Notes under the pieces: generated by a model
Told to the model about the DNA's origin: nothing
What the model saw: the letters and a program-made list of their open reading frames with translations, nothing else
Database searches by the model: none
Translations under genes and position numbers: made by a program
In this document: in pieces, positions 23,520 to 32,622 of the stretch
Layout of the letters: each line of letters starts with the position of its first letter
Position numbering within the stretch: position 1 is the first letter of the stretch
From: Acidimicrobiia bacterium
GTDB lineage: Bacteria; Actinomycetota; Acidimicrobiia; Acidimicrobiales; CATQHL01
Assembly (NCBI GenBank): GCA_021296435.1
Contig: JAGWAK010000003.1
Location: 1 to 39,677, forward strand
Direction: 5' to 3'
DNA: 39,677 bases

Positions 23520-25523
23520 ATGAGTGACCTCCCACATTTGGGAGTCGCGGCCCGACATCAGTCGTGCCCGCGGCGGGAGGATTGCTACTCTGGCCCAGTG
23601 AGCCTCGCCGAGCGGAGCCTTGCGCTGCTGGCGGCGGCCACCGAGGCGCTCGGCGAGGCGGGCGAGTACCGCCCGGGCCAGGAGCAGATGACCGAGGCGG
23701 TGGCGCGGGCCTTCGAGAGCGCCCGGCACCTCGCCGTCGCTGCGGGCACCGGCACCGGCAAGTCCCTGGCCTATCTCATCCCCGCCGCCCTGAGCGGCCG
23801 GCGGGTGGTTGTGGCCACAGCCACAAAAGCGCTGCAGGATCAGCTTGCGACCAAGGAGTTGCCCTTCCTGGCGGGAATGCCGGAGTCGCGGCAACTCCGT
23901 CCCGGCGGCCGGCCGTTCCGCTGGGCCGTCCTGAAGGGGCGCTCCAACTACATCTGCCGACAGCTCGTGGCCGAGGCAACCCGCACCGGCCTTCAACTCG
24001 AACTCGACGCTCCGGGCGCGGCGAACGCTGCATCCGGCGTCGGCGACCGACGAGCCGGCGCCGATGAGGACTTCGCGCGATTGCTTGCCTGGTCCGACGT
24101 GTCCGTCACCGGTGACCAGGCCGAGGTCGACTGGGAGCTGCCGCCGGGGATGTGGGAGCGCCTGAGCGTCAACGCCACGCAATGCCCCGGCCGCAAGCGC
24201 TGCCCACAGGGCGGAGCCTGCTTCGCCGAGGCGGCCCGTGAGCGGGCCGAGCGAGCCGACATCGTCGTCGTCAACACCCACCTGCTGGTGCTGCACCTGC
24301 TGGGAACCCCCCTGCTGCCGACCCACGATCTGGTGGTTGTCGACGAGGCTCACCAGTTCGAGGACACTGTCACGGCCATCGCCGGGGTGAGCCTCACCGA
24401 GCGCAGCCTGCGCAACGCCGGCCAGGAAGTCAACGCCGTGATCCCCCGGGCGGGTACGCCGCTGGCGAATTCCGGCCGCCGTATCGGCGAGATCCTTCCG
24501 GCACACCACGGCAGGCGCCTGGCGGATGACGGCCCGCCCGAACTCACCGAAGCCCTCGTCCTGGCGGGAAATCGGCTGGCTGCGCTGGCCGCCGAGTTGC
24601 GCGCCGCCCAGCCCGGCGACGACGACGCCGAGGCACAGCGGCTGAGAGCGCTCGGCGAGGTGTCGGCGCTGGGCGAGGACATCGCCGCGTTGCTGCAGCG
24701 ACCGGAGGGCACGGTGGCCTTCGTGGCGGGATCGGTCGCCGCGCCCGAACTTCGCCTCGCCCATCTGGAGGTCGGCGAGATCCTGGCCGACCCCCTCTTC
24801 GCGGAACGGACCGTGGTGATGACATCGGCGACCCTCGGCGCCACCACGCCTGTGGCTCTCGGGCTCGAACGCGACGACTACCGGCATCTCAACGTGGGCA
24901 GCCCGTTCGACTACCGGACAGCCGGGCTGCTCTACTGCGCCGCCGACCTCCCGCCGCGCAACTCCCCGGAGTTCACCGAGGCGGCAATCGACGAACTCGA
25001 ACTGCTCGTCAACGCCGCCAAGGGGCGCACCCTGGCCCTGTTCACCAGCCACCGCATGCTCACGGCGGCCGCCGACGCCCTCCGACCGCGACTTCACTGG
25101 CCGCTGCTTCTCCAGGGCGACCTTCCGCCGCCGCAACTCCTGGAACGCTTCGCCGCCGACGAGGCCTCCTGTCTGTTCGCCACCATCGGCTTCTGGCAGG
25201 GAGTGGACGTGCCCGGATCGGCGCTGACTCTCGTGACCCTGGACCGCCTCCCGTTTCCCCGCCCCGACGATCCGCTCCTCGGCGCCAGGCGGGAACGCGT
25301 CGGCGACGACGCGTTCCGCCTCGTCGATCTCAGACGGGCCTCCATGCTGCTGGCGCAGGGGGCCGGCCGCCTGATTCGAACAGTCGCAGACCGGGGTGTC
25401 GTGGCCGTCCTGGATCCCCGCCTGGCCACCGCCCGTTACCGGGAGGACCTGCTGGAGGAGGTTCCCCCGCTGCGCCGCACAGTGAAGAGGGCTGAAGTCC
25501 TGGAGTTCCTGGCCTCGCTCTGA
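23520..25523 (+). CDS. dinG: DinG/XPD-family ATP-dependent DNA helicase (no N-terminal exonuclease domain)
   Basis: Walker A AGTGTGKSLAYLIPA, DEAH box VVVDEAHQFED, four Cys (CRQL...QCPGRKRCPQGGAC) consistent with a 4Fe-4S domain, and a C-terminal helicase_C_2-like region. An alternative GTG start lies at 23598. Confidence 0.85.
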   Translation: MSDLPHLGVAARHQSCPRREDCYSGPVSLAERSLALLAAATEALGEAGEYRPGQEQMTEAVARAFESARHLAVAAGTGTGKSLAYLIPAALSGRRVVVATATKALQDQLATKELPFLAGMPESRQLRPGGRPFRWAVLKGRSNYICRQLVAEATRTGLQLELDAPGAANAASGVGDRRAGADEDFARLLAWSDVSVTGDQAEVDWELPPGMWERLSVNATQCPGRKRCPQGGACFAEAARERAERADIVVVNTHLLVLHLLGTPLLPTHDLVVVDEAHQFEDTVTAIAGVSLTERSLRNAGQEVNAVIPRAGTPLANSGRRIGEILPAHHGRRLADDGPPELTEALVLAGNRLAALAAELRAAQPGDDDAEAQRLRALGEVSALGEDIAALLQRPEGTVAFVAGSVAAPELRLAHLEVGEILADPLFAERTVVMTSATLGATTPVALGLERDDYRHLNVGSPFDYRTAGLLYCAADLPPRNSPEFTEAAIDELELLVNAAKGRTLALFTSHRMLTAAADALRPRLHWPLLLQGDLPPPQLLERFAADEASCLFATIGFWQGVDVPGSALTLVTLDRLPFPRPDDPLLGARRERVGDDAFRLVDLRRASMLLAQGAGRLIRTVADRGVVAVLDPRLATARYREDLLEEVPPLRRTVKRAEVLEFLASL

Positions 25524-25545
25524 CCGCAGGGGCGTCCCCGGACCT

Positions 25546-26400
25546 TCAGCTGCAGTAGCGCTCCACGGCGCCCGGGCGGTCCTGCCAGTTGGGATCCACC
25601 GAGACGTGCAGCTCGAGGTAAGCCCCTGGCGGCAGCTGCCGGCGCACCTCGGTTCCCACGTGCTTCAGCACGTCGCCGCGGCGCCCGATGACGATGCGGC
25701 GTTGTGAAGCCCGCTCGACGAGGATCTCGCAGCGGATGCGCGGCCAGTCCCACTCCGTGACCTGTGTGGCGATGGCGTACGGCAACTCGTCACGCACCAC
25801 CGCCAGGAGCTGTTCCCGCACCAACTCGGCCACCGCCACTTCGTCGGGTATCGCACTCACCATGCCCTCGGGGTAGTAGGGCGGGCCCGGCGGCATCCGC
25901 GCCAGCAGATGCTCCACGAACGCCTCGACTCCCTCCCCGGTGCGCGCCGAGAGCGGGAAGTACGCCTCCGCGGGCACCTCCGAGACCCGCGCCAACTGCT
26001 CCAGGAGCCGGGCCGGTGAGACGGCGTCGATCTTGTTCACCACAACCACCCCGGTGGCCGGAAGCTTGCTCGCCACGAACCGATCTCCGGGACCGAACCG
26101 GGCGGTGGCGTCGACGACCAGGCAGGGCACGTCGACGTCGTCCAGCGCCTCGCTGGCGGTGGCGTTCAGCCGAGATCCCAGGGCCGTGCGCGGCTTGCCG
26201 ATGCCGGGCGTGTCCACGAAGACGACCTGCACGCCGGCGCGATGCAGCACCCCGTGGATGGCGCGCCGAGTGGTCTGCGGCTTGTCGCTGACGATCGAGA
26301 CCTTGGTGCCGCACAGCCGGTTCAGCAGAGTCGACTTGCCGACATTCGGCCGCCCGACCAGTGTCACGAACCCAGACCGGAGATCTCCCTCAGAACTCAC
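25546..26400 (-). CDS. era: GTPase Era
   Basis: GRPNVGKSTLLN, DTPG, NKID, and a C-terminal KH domain. The GTG start overlaps the upstream stop (GTGA). Confidence 0.95.
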   Translation of the reverse strand: MSSEGDLRSGFVTLVGRPNVGKSTLLNRLCGTKVSIVSDKPQTTRRAIHGVLHRAGVQVVFVDTPGIGKPRTALGSRLNATASEALDDVDVPCLVVDATARFGPGDRFVASKLPATGVVVVNKIDAVSPARLLEQLARVSEVPAEAYFPLSARTGEGVEAFVEHLLARMPPGPPYYPEGMVSAIPDEVAVAELVREQLLAVVRDELPYAIATQVTEWDWPRIRCEILVERASQRRIVIGRRGDVLKHVGTEVRRQLPPGAYLELHVSVDPNWQDRPGAVERYCS

Positions 26401-27650
26401 GACGGGGGTCGCGTGTCGAGTTCGGTGACCAGGACGCGGGCGATCCGGCGGCGCTGCACCCGCTCGACGAGCAAGCGATGACCGTTCACGTCGAGGCTCT
26501 CACCCTCCTGCGGAACCCGTCCCAGCAGGGTGAAGATGAGTCCTCCGACCGTGCTCCAGCGCCCCGAAGGCAGTTCCGCCTCCAGCGCTTCGGACAGCTC
26601 GCTGAGCGGCACCCGGCCGCTAACCCGGAACCTGCCCTCCTCCAGCTTCTCCACCAGCGCGTGCTCCACATCGAACTCGTCGGTGATCTCCCCCACCATT
26701 TCCTCGAGCAGGTCCTCGAGGGTGACGAGGCCGGCGGTCCCGCCGAATTCGTCGACGACGATCACCAGATGGGAACGCCCGCCCTGCATCTCGGCCAGCA
26801 ACTCGGCGGTCCGCTTGGTATCGGGCACGAATCCGATCTCGCGCATCACCTCGCCGACGGGCCTGTCGTCACCCTCGTCGCGTACCGCCGCGATCAGATC
26901 TCGCACGTGCGCGAAACCCACGATGTCGTCGATTCCCTCGCCATAGACGGGGATACGGGTGAGGCCGTTGAACAGGGCAACCTCGAGCGCTTCGGAGACG
27001 CTGAAGGTGCGCGCGATCGCCACCATGTCGGGGCGCGGCACCATGACCTCCCTGGCGATGGTGTCGCCGAAGGAGATCACCGACTCGATGAGACGGTGCT
27101 CCTGGGCTTCGATGCTCTCGTCCGCGGCCGCCAGCTCGGCAACGGCCAGCAACTCCTCTTCCGAGACCGCTTCGGGCTCGTCCCGCTCGCTCTGACCGAA
27201 TCCCCCCGCCCGCTGCGGCAGTTCCACGAGCCAGCGCAGCGGCGTGAAAACCACCAGGACCCGCAGGAACGGGGCAACGAGGCGCGCCACTCGCTCGGGG
27301 CGGCGCATGGCCAGGGACTTCGCCCCGACGCCGATGGCGAGGTAGAGCACGACCAGCTCGACGGCGAATGCGATACCCAGCGCCCCGGCCCCCCAGCGCC
27401 GCTGCGCCAGGAAGGCGACGAGCGTGGCAACACCCAGGTGGCTGGCCAGGACCAGCCCCAGCACCAGGCCGAGAACCTGCCGGCGGCGTTCCAGCAGCCA
27501 GCCCAGCGGGCTGGTCTCGGTGGGCTCCTCCTCGATCAGCACCCTGGCTTGGCTCTGGCGCAGCCGGATGAGGCTCGTCTCGGCAGCCGACAGCACGACC
27601 GCGCACAGGCTCAGAACCGCGACCGCCGCGATCGCAAGCGCTTCGGTCAC
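26397..27650 (-). CDS. Hemolysin/CNNM-family membrane protein (DUF21 + CBS pair + CorC_HlyC)
   Basis: 417 aa. N-terminal TM helices, a CBS-pair region (MVPRPDMVAI...IPVYGEGIDDIVGF), and a C-terminal transporter-associated domain. Confidence 0.88.
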   Translation of the reverse strand: MTEALAIAAVAVLSLCAVVLSAAETSLIRLRQSQARVLIEEEPTETSPLGWLLERRRQVLGLVLGLVLASHLGVATLVAFLAQRRWGAGALGIAFAVELVVLYLAIGVGAKSLAMRRPERVARLVAPFLRVLVVFTPLRWLVELPQRAGGFGQSERDEPEAVSEEELLAVAELAAADESIEAQEHRLIESVISFGDTIAREVMVPRPDMVAIARTFSVSEALEVALFNGLTRIPVYGEGIDDIVGFAHVRDLIAAVRDEGDDRPVGEVMREIGFVPDTKRTAELLAEMQGGRSHLVIVVDEFGGTAGLVTLEDLLEEMVGEITDEFDVEHALVEKLEEGRFRVSGRVPLSELSEALEAELPSGRWSTVGGLIFTLLGRVPQEGESLDVNGHRLLVERVQRRRIARVLVTELDTRPPS

Positions 27651-27653
27651 CGC

Positions 27654-28304
27654 TCAGCCCGCCCGCCGGCCCTCGCCGGTCGCCACAGAGGATTCGGCCG
27701 AACCGGACCGGTAAAGCCGGGCGAGCAGGGTCCGGGTTCGCCGCTTCATCCTGAGGGATTCCAGCGGGCCAGCGTGGTCGTGTCCCAGCAGGTGCAGCAC
27801 GCCGTGCACGATGAGCAGCGCCAACTCGTCAGCCAGCGCGTGAGGGGCTTCGCCTGCCTGGCGGGCCGCGACCAGTGGGCAGACGACGACATCGCCGATG
27901 AGCAGCGGCGGGTCTCCGGCGCGCACGGCGCGACGGGCGCCCCGTACGCGCACGTCCACCGGGAATGCCAGGACGTCGGTCGGATGGTCGCTCTGAAGCC
28001 AGTCGGCTGCCAGCTCGGTGATCTCGGCCTCGTCCACGAACGCCAGACCCAGTTCGGCACGGCGCCGGACCCCTTCGCCGTAGGCGGCCGATGCCGCCAG
28101 CAGACCCCACCGGTCGAGGTCCAAGTCCTCCTGCCCGGGACCGGAGTCGGGGCCGCGCCGGTCCACCACTTCCACGGCCACAGGTCCGTGCACGACCCGC
28201 CGGCGGTGCTGTGGGTCCTCCTCCTGGTGCCCGGCCGGTGGCCGCCCGCCGGCCGAGAGTCGCCTCCGGTCACCCGGCGAGTCCGCAGGCTCGTCCTCAG
28301 TCAC
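27654..28304 (-). CDS. ybeY: rRNA maturation endoribonuclease YbeY
   Basis: PTDVLAFP and the zinc motif HGVLHLLGHDH. The GTG at 28304 overlaps the phoH stop (GTGA) but gives an N-terminal extension of about 40 aa. Alternative GTG starts lie at 28181 and 28175. Confidence 0.86.
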   Translation of the reverse strand: MTEDEPADSPGDRRRLSAGGRPPAGHQEEDPQHRRRVVHGPVAVEVVDRRGPDSGPGQEDLDLDRWGLLAASAAYGEGVRRRAELGLAFVDEAEITELAADWLQSDHPTDVLAFPVDVRVRGARRAVRAGDPPLLIGDVVVCPLVAARQAGEAPHALADELALLIVHGVLHLLGHDHAGPLESLRMKRRTRTLLARLYRSGSAESSVATGEGRRAG

Positions 28305-29299
28305 CCCGACCGGCCCCGCACGGGCTCACGGCCCGTCTCGCTGCTGGCCTTGTCGTAGGCGTTCACAATGTCGGTCACGATGGGGTGCCGGACGACGTCC
28401 CGGCTGCTCAGATAGACGAAACGAACACCCTCGATGTCGGCCAGCAACGTCTCCAGATTGTCGAGGCCGCTGCGGCCCCCGGCAACGTCCACCTGAGTCA
28501 CATCACCGGTGATTACGGCCCGCGAGCCGAATCCGATGCGGGTGAGGAACATTTTCATCTGTTCGGGCGTGGTGTTCTGGGCCTCGTCGAGGATGATGAA
28601 ACTCCTGTTCAGCGTGCGCCCGCGCATGAACGCCAGCGGCGCCACCTCCACGACCTCCTGTTCCAGGAGCCGCTGCACCCCCTGCAAGTCCAGCATGTCG
28701 TACAGCGCGTCGTAGAGCGGTCGCAGGTACGGATCCACCTTGGCGGCGACGTCCCCGGGCAGGAACCCGAGCCGCTCACCGGCCTCGACCGCGGGCCTGG
28801 TGAGGATGATCCGCTCCACCTCGCGCGCCTGCAGCGCGGCGATCCCTGCGGCGACGGCCAGCCAGCTCTTGCCCGTCCCGGCGGGACCGATGGCGAAGGT
28901 CACCGTGGCGGAGCGAATGGCGTCGACGTACATCTTCTGACCCCGCGAGCGCGGCCGCACAGCCGACCCGCGGGCATGACGGAGCACCTCGTCGCTCAGG
29001 ACCTCGCTGGGACTCTCGTCGGCGGCCACCAAGTCGATCACGTGCACCACCGACCGGGAGTCAATCGGCTGTCCCTGGCGCACGAGGGTGATCAACTCCT
29101 CGAGGACCCGCGCCACGCTCGGCGCGTCCGGACCGCTGGCGGTCACCTCGTTGCCTCGCACGTGGATGGCGGTCTGCGGGAACGCCGCCTCCAGCAGCCG
29201 CAGATGGCGATCAGCGGGCCCGAGCAAGGCGGGCAGCAGGTGATTGCCGGGAATCGTGACCCGGCCGCGGCTCACGGGTTGCTCAGTTGTGGAGGACAA
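28301..29299 (-). CDS. phoH: PhoH-family ATPase (YbeZ-like)
   Basis: Walker A GPAGTGKSWLAVA, Walker B FIILDEAQN, and TGDVTQVD. Confidence 0.92.
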   Translation of the reverse strand: MSSTTEQPVSRGRVTIPGNHLLPALLGPADRHLRLLEAAFPQTAIHVRGNEVTASGPDAPSVARVLEELITLVRQGQPIDSRSVVHVIDLVAADESPSEVLSDEVLRHARGSAVRPRSRGQKMYVDAIRSATVTFAIGPAGTGKSWLAVAAGIAALQAREVERIILTRPAVEAGERLGFLPGDVAAKVDPYLRPLYDALYDMLDLQGVQRLLEQEVVEVAPLAFMRGRTLNRSFIILDEAQNTTPEQMKMFLTRIGFGSRAVITGDVTQVDVAGGRSGLDNLETLLADIEGVRFVYLSSRDVVRHPIVTDIVNAYDKASSETGREPVRGRSG

Positions 29300-29389
29300 G
29301 GCAACTCGCCTGCGGCGGCTGACTTCGCGCTCGCAGTTCGGAGTGGGCGCCGGTCAGCGCGCCGCCCGTGAGGAGGTCCGGCAAAGCGA

Positions 29390-29656
29390 CTAGCTCTCCG
29401 GCGACAACTCTTCCTCGCCTGCGCTCGAGGCCTGCGCGGGAATCGGATCCGGATACAGATGCTTCAGGGTGCCGGGTTCGACACGCGACTGCTCGATGAA
29501 CGCATCGACATCGCTCGCCTTGAACCGGAAGACCCGCCCGAAGCGATACGCCGGAAGCTGGCCGATATCTACAAACCTGTAAATCGTCCGGGTCGTCAGG
29601 CCAAGACGCCTTGCCGTGTCTTCAGTGCTGAGCCACTCGATATCCGACTCTACCAT
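29390..29656 (-). CDS. Small excisionase-family (HTH_17/MerR-like) DNA-binding protein
   Basis: WLSTEDTARRLGLTTRTIYRFVDIGQLPAYRFGRVFRFKASDVDAFIE. ATG at 29656 lies 8 nt after GAGGA. The longest ORF runs to 29725. Confidence 0.7.
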   Translation of the reverse strand: MVESDIEWLSTEDTARRLGLTTRTIYRFVDIGQLPAYRFGRVFRFKASDVDAFIEQSRVEPGTLKHLYPDPIPAQASSAGEEELSPES

Positions 29657-29836
29657 GTCCGTGATCCTCACAACCTCGTATTGTTCCCATCCCCCTAGTG
29701 CATTGGTGCTGCACAACGGAGACAAACGCTCGTATCACCTTGTGACAAGTTGCCCGCTGCCCTGGAAACAGAAACCAACGCACATAATCTTAGTGGATGT
29801 CCTGGCACCGAGGGTGGCAAACCGCTTCGGGCCGGC

Positions 29837-30841
29837 TCAGAGGGCGCCGTCGACCTCTTCCGGCGTCGTTACGTCGAGCAGGACTTTACCGAAATTTGCG
29901 TTGGATTGCATGTAGGTGTGTGCATTGACGACCTCGTCGAGGCCATAGCGCCGGTCGATGGTGGTCCGGAGCCGTCCCGACTCGAATAGCGGGAGGATCT
30001 CGGTGGCGAAACGCCTGCTGAGAGCGATCTTCTCCTCCAGCGGGCGTGCCCGTAGCACGGTACCCACGAGACGGGCCCGCTTCGCCATGAGGCGTCGAAG
30101 CGGGATGGTCGCCTCGCCGGCACCGAGCAGCCCCACCTGCACGATCGAGCCGCACATCGCCAACGCCGACAGGTTGCGAGCCAGGTTGTCACCGCCGACG
30201 ATGTCGACCACCACATCGGCGCCGCGCCCGCCTGTGTGGTCGCGGATCGCCTCGACGAAGTCCTCCTTGCGGTAGTCCACCGCCAGATCCGCTCCGAGTT
30301 CGCGGCATCCCGCCACCTTTGCCGCCGAGGCGGTGGCGACCACGGTGGCTCCCAACGCCTTGGCGAGTTGGATTGCGGCGGTCCCCACCCCGGAGCCGCC
30401 GCCGTGCACCAGCGCGACGCGACCCGACGTGAGCCCGCCCTGGCAGACGAGTGCGTCCCAGGCGGTGATCCAGACCTCGGGAATCGCCGCCGCGTCGGCC
30501 AGCGCCAGACCGGCGGGCGGCCGCAGGGCCATGCGCTCGTGGGTGACGAGCTGCTCCGCGTAGGCGCCGCCGTTGACGAGTCCCATGACGGGATCCCCAG
30601 CGGCAAGACTCCGCACGCGCGCACCGACCGCGGCGACCCGGCCCGCGAACTCGAGCCCCAGGATCTCGACGTCGGTCTCCGGCCCCGGGTACCGGCCCAT
30701 GCGCTGCAGCAGGTCAGCGCGATTGAGGGCCGTCGAGACGACATTCACGAGTACCTCGTCAGGTCCCGGGACCGGCGGCTCGACCTCCGCCAGCCGCAGC
30801 ACCTCGGGACCGCCGTAGCCGGCCAGAACGACAGCGCGCAC
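29837..30841 (-). CDS. NAD(P)H:quinone oxidoreductase (zinc-independent MDR, Qor/PIG3-like)
   Basis: 334 aa. MRAVVL..GGPEVL, VHGGGSGVGTAAIQLAKALGA Rossmann motif, and GKVLL near the C-terminus. The GTG start abuts the upstream stop. Confidence 0.85.
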   Translation of the reverse strand: MRAVVLAGYGGPEVLRLAEVEPPVPGPDEVLVNVVSTALNRADLLQRMGRYPGPETDVEILGLEFAGRVAAVGARVRSLAAGDPVMGLVNGGAYAEQLVTHERMALRPPAGLALADAAAIPEVWITAWDALVCQGGLTSGRVALVHGGGSGVGTAAIQLAKALGATVVATASAAKVAGCRELGADLAVDYRKEDFVEAIRDHTGGRGADVVVDIVGGDNLARNLSALAMCGSIVQVGLLGAGEATIPLRRLMAKRARLVGTVLRARPLEEKIALSRRFATEILPLFESGRLRTTIDRRYGLDEVVNAHTYMQSNANFGKVLLDVTTPEEVDGAL

Positions 30842-31708
30842 CTAGGCGATCCTACCGCCCTCGTCTCCGGCGACCGGCGGGTGAGGCCCGGGGCTTCGCC
30901 GGCCATTCGAACGGCCGCCCGGCTGACCGGGCTCCCGGAGCATGTCGCGAATCATGCGCAGCGCGATCACGATGAGCAGGCCGGCGAAGAGGACCGAGGA
31001 GACCGCCGAGGGGATCACACCCGCCAGCAGCCCGCCTCCGAACGCCGACAGCATGCCGCCGGCCCCTATCACCAGCGCGCCCCGCAGGTCGACATTGTCG
31101 TTGCGCAGGTTGCGCAGCGTCCCGACGATGGCTGTCGGGAGCACCACCAGCAGCGAGGTTCCCTTGGCGGTCACGTCGCCCAACTCGAAGAGCAGGACGA
31201 GCGCCGGAACCACGATCACGCCTCCTCCCACACCCATGAGACCCGCCACCAGGCCGACCAGCACGCCACACCCCACGAGACCGAACGCCACAGCGAGAGT
31301 CAGCGAGAGTTCGCCGGTGGACTCGGCCGTGCCGGCCAGCATGCGCCCCGCAGTGACCGCCAAGAGCACCACGAAGGCCACCTGCAGCGTGCGGATGCGC
31401 ACACGGTTGAGCATCTCCACCCCCGCCAGTACGCCGAGCCCCGAGCCAGCGAAGATCAGAGCCGCGGCGACGACGTCCACCGCCTCATTCAGCGCGTAGG
31501 CGACAACGCCGGCGGCGGCGAAGAGCGCGGAGGTGGCGAGCGAAGTGCCGTGCGCCACCCGCCGGCGAAAGCCCCCCAGCAGCATCAGACCGGGGGCGAT
31601 GAAAATCCCCCCACCCACACCGAACAACCCCGCGATGAAACCGGCGGCCACGCCGACACCGGGCAGAACCCACCGCGGGCGAGCCTGCTCGCCGGGGGCT
31701 CCTGTCAC
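30842..31708 (-). CDS. TauE/SafE-family anion (sulfite/sulfonate) exporter
   Basis: Two repeats of the LFGVGGG / LMGVGGGV motif in a protein with about 8 TM helices. GTG at 31708 overlaps the upstream stop (GTGA). The 388-aa extension is rejected. Confidence 0.8.
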   Translation of the reverse strand: MTGAPGEQARPRWVLPGVGVAAGFIAGLFGVGGGIFIAPGLMLLGGFRRRVAHGTSLATSALFAAAGVVAYALNEAVDVVAAALIFAGSGLGVLAGVEMLNRVRIRTLQVAFVVLLAVTAGRMLAGTAESTGELSLTLAVAFGLVGCGVLVGLVAGLMGVGGGVIVVPALVLLFELGDVTAKGTSLLVVLPTAIVGTLRNLRNDNVDLRGALVIGAGGMLSAFGGGLLAGVIPSAVSSVLFAGLLIVIALRMIRDMLREPGQPGGRSNGRRSPGPHPPVAGDEGGRIA

Positions 31709-32622
31709 GCGGAGGAGCTCTCGTCCCGATCGGTTGCCGGATCCGCCTCCGTCCGGCCCTCGCGACGCCGGCCGCCTGCATACTCGAAGCCGAAGCGACC
31801 CTTGATGCAGAGGTGCCCGGAGGTGACCTCGTGATCGTCCGGCGAGGTGACCCGGAAGATCTCGTCGTCCTGGGTGTGCAACTCCAGGTTGCAGCCGACG
31901 CCGCAGTAGGGACAGACCGTCGTGGTCACCGCCTGGGCCTCGGGGTCGAAACCACCCGATTCGCGGAGGTCGAATTCCCGGGTGAAGATGAGTGCTCCCG
32001 TGGGACACACCCCGATGCAGTTGCCGCAGTAGACACAGGCCGACTCGGGCAACTCGACGTCGTACTCGGTGGATATGCGGGCATCGAATCCGCGACCCGC
32101 CACGGCGATCGCAAACGTGTACTGGGCCTCGGTGCCGCAGGCGTCAACACACTTGTAGCAGAGCACACAACGGTCGTAGTCCCGGACGTAGAGCTCGTCG
32201 TGGCGCCGCACCGGCTCGCTCACCCGTGCCCGGTCCGGCCCGTGGCGTTCGGGGTCGGTTCCGTACTCCTCGAGCCAGCGCAGGATGTCCGCCTCGGCGC
32301 GGGAGAGATCCACCGAGGAGGCAAGCAACTCCAGGACCATCCGGCGCGAGGCCCGCACCCGGTCGCCGCCCGTGCGGATCTCCATGCCCTCGGTCACCCG
32401 GCGTGAGCAGGCCGGTACCAAGGTGCGCGATCCCTCCAACTCCACAACACAGACCCGGCAGGCGTTGACGGGTGTAATCGTCGGGGCCCAGCAGATCGTC
32501 GGCACCTCCACCCCGGCGTCGCGGCAGACGTCCAGGATCGTGCTGCCCTCGGCGGCGGCCCGTTCGGTGCCGTCGATGCGTACCGTGACCTTGCGCCGGG
32601 GGATCGGCACCGGGGTGCTCAT
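31705..32622 (-). CDS. NuoG/FdhA N-terminal-type iron-sulfur protein (2Fe-2S + 2x[4Fe-4S] + Mo/W-bisMGD-type 4Fe-4S domain) lacking a molybdopterin catalytic domain
   Basis: VTVRIDG...CRVCVVEL...PACS (2Fe-2S), CVLCYKCVDAC and CVYCGNCIGVCPTGAL (ferredoxin-type), and CPYCGVGCNL...GHLCIKGRFGFEY. The protein ends about 30 aa after that. Confidence 0.8.
   Translation of the reverse strand: MSTPVPIPRRKVTVRIDGTERAAAEGSTILDVCRDAGVEVPTICWAPTITPVNACRVCVVELEGSRTLVPACSRRVTEGMEIRTGGDRVRASRRMVLELLASSVDLSRAEADILRWLEEYGTDPERHGPDRARVSEPVRRHDELYVRDYDRCVLCYKCVDACGTEAQYTFAIAVAGRGFDARISTEYDVELPESACVYCGNCIGVCPTGALIFTREFDLRESGGFDPEAQAVTTTVCPYCGVGCNLELHTQDDEIFRVTSPDDHEVTSGHLCIKGRFGFEYAGGRRREGRTEADPATDRDESSSA

Noticed and set aside
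23448-25136. 562-aa minus-strand ORF
   Set aside because: It lies antisense to the DinG-like helicase, which has clear Walker A and DEAH motifs.
26361-28358. 665-aa plus-strand ORF
   Set aside because: It lies antisense to the CBS/CorC and ybeY genes. This is a shadow ORF.
28091-29371. 426-aa plus-strand ORF
   Set aside because: It lies antisense to phoH, which has clear P-loop ATPase motifs.
29390-29656. Excisionase-family gene as a marker of a prophage or integrative element; the tRNA genes at 15857-17621 as integration sites
   Set aside because: The window has no integrase, recombinase, direct repeats of tRNA 3' ends or phage/conjugation genes. The flanking genes are conserved housekeeping loci.
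30236-31834. 532-aa plus-strand ORF
   Set aside because: It lies antisense to the Qor and TauE genes. Composition is Arg/His/Gly/Asp-rich and low complexity.
31709-32008. Upstream 100-aa extension of the TauE frame (388-aa ORF)
   Set aside because: It overlaps the NuoG-like gene and is not hydrophobic. GTG at 31708 gives the standard TauE topology and a GTGA overlap.
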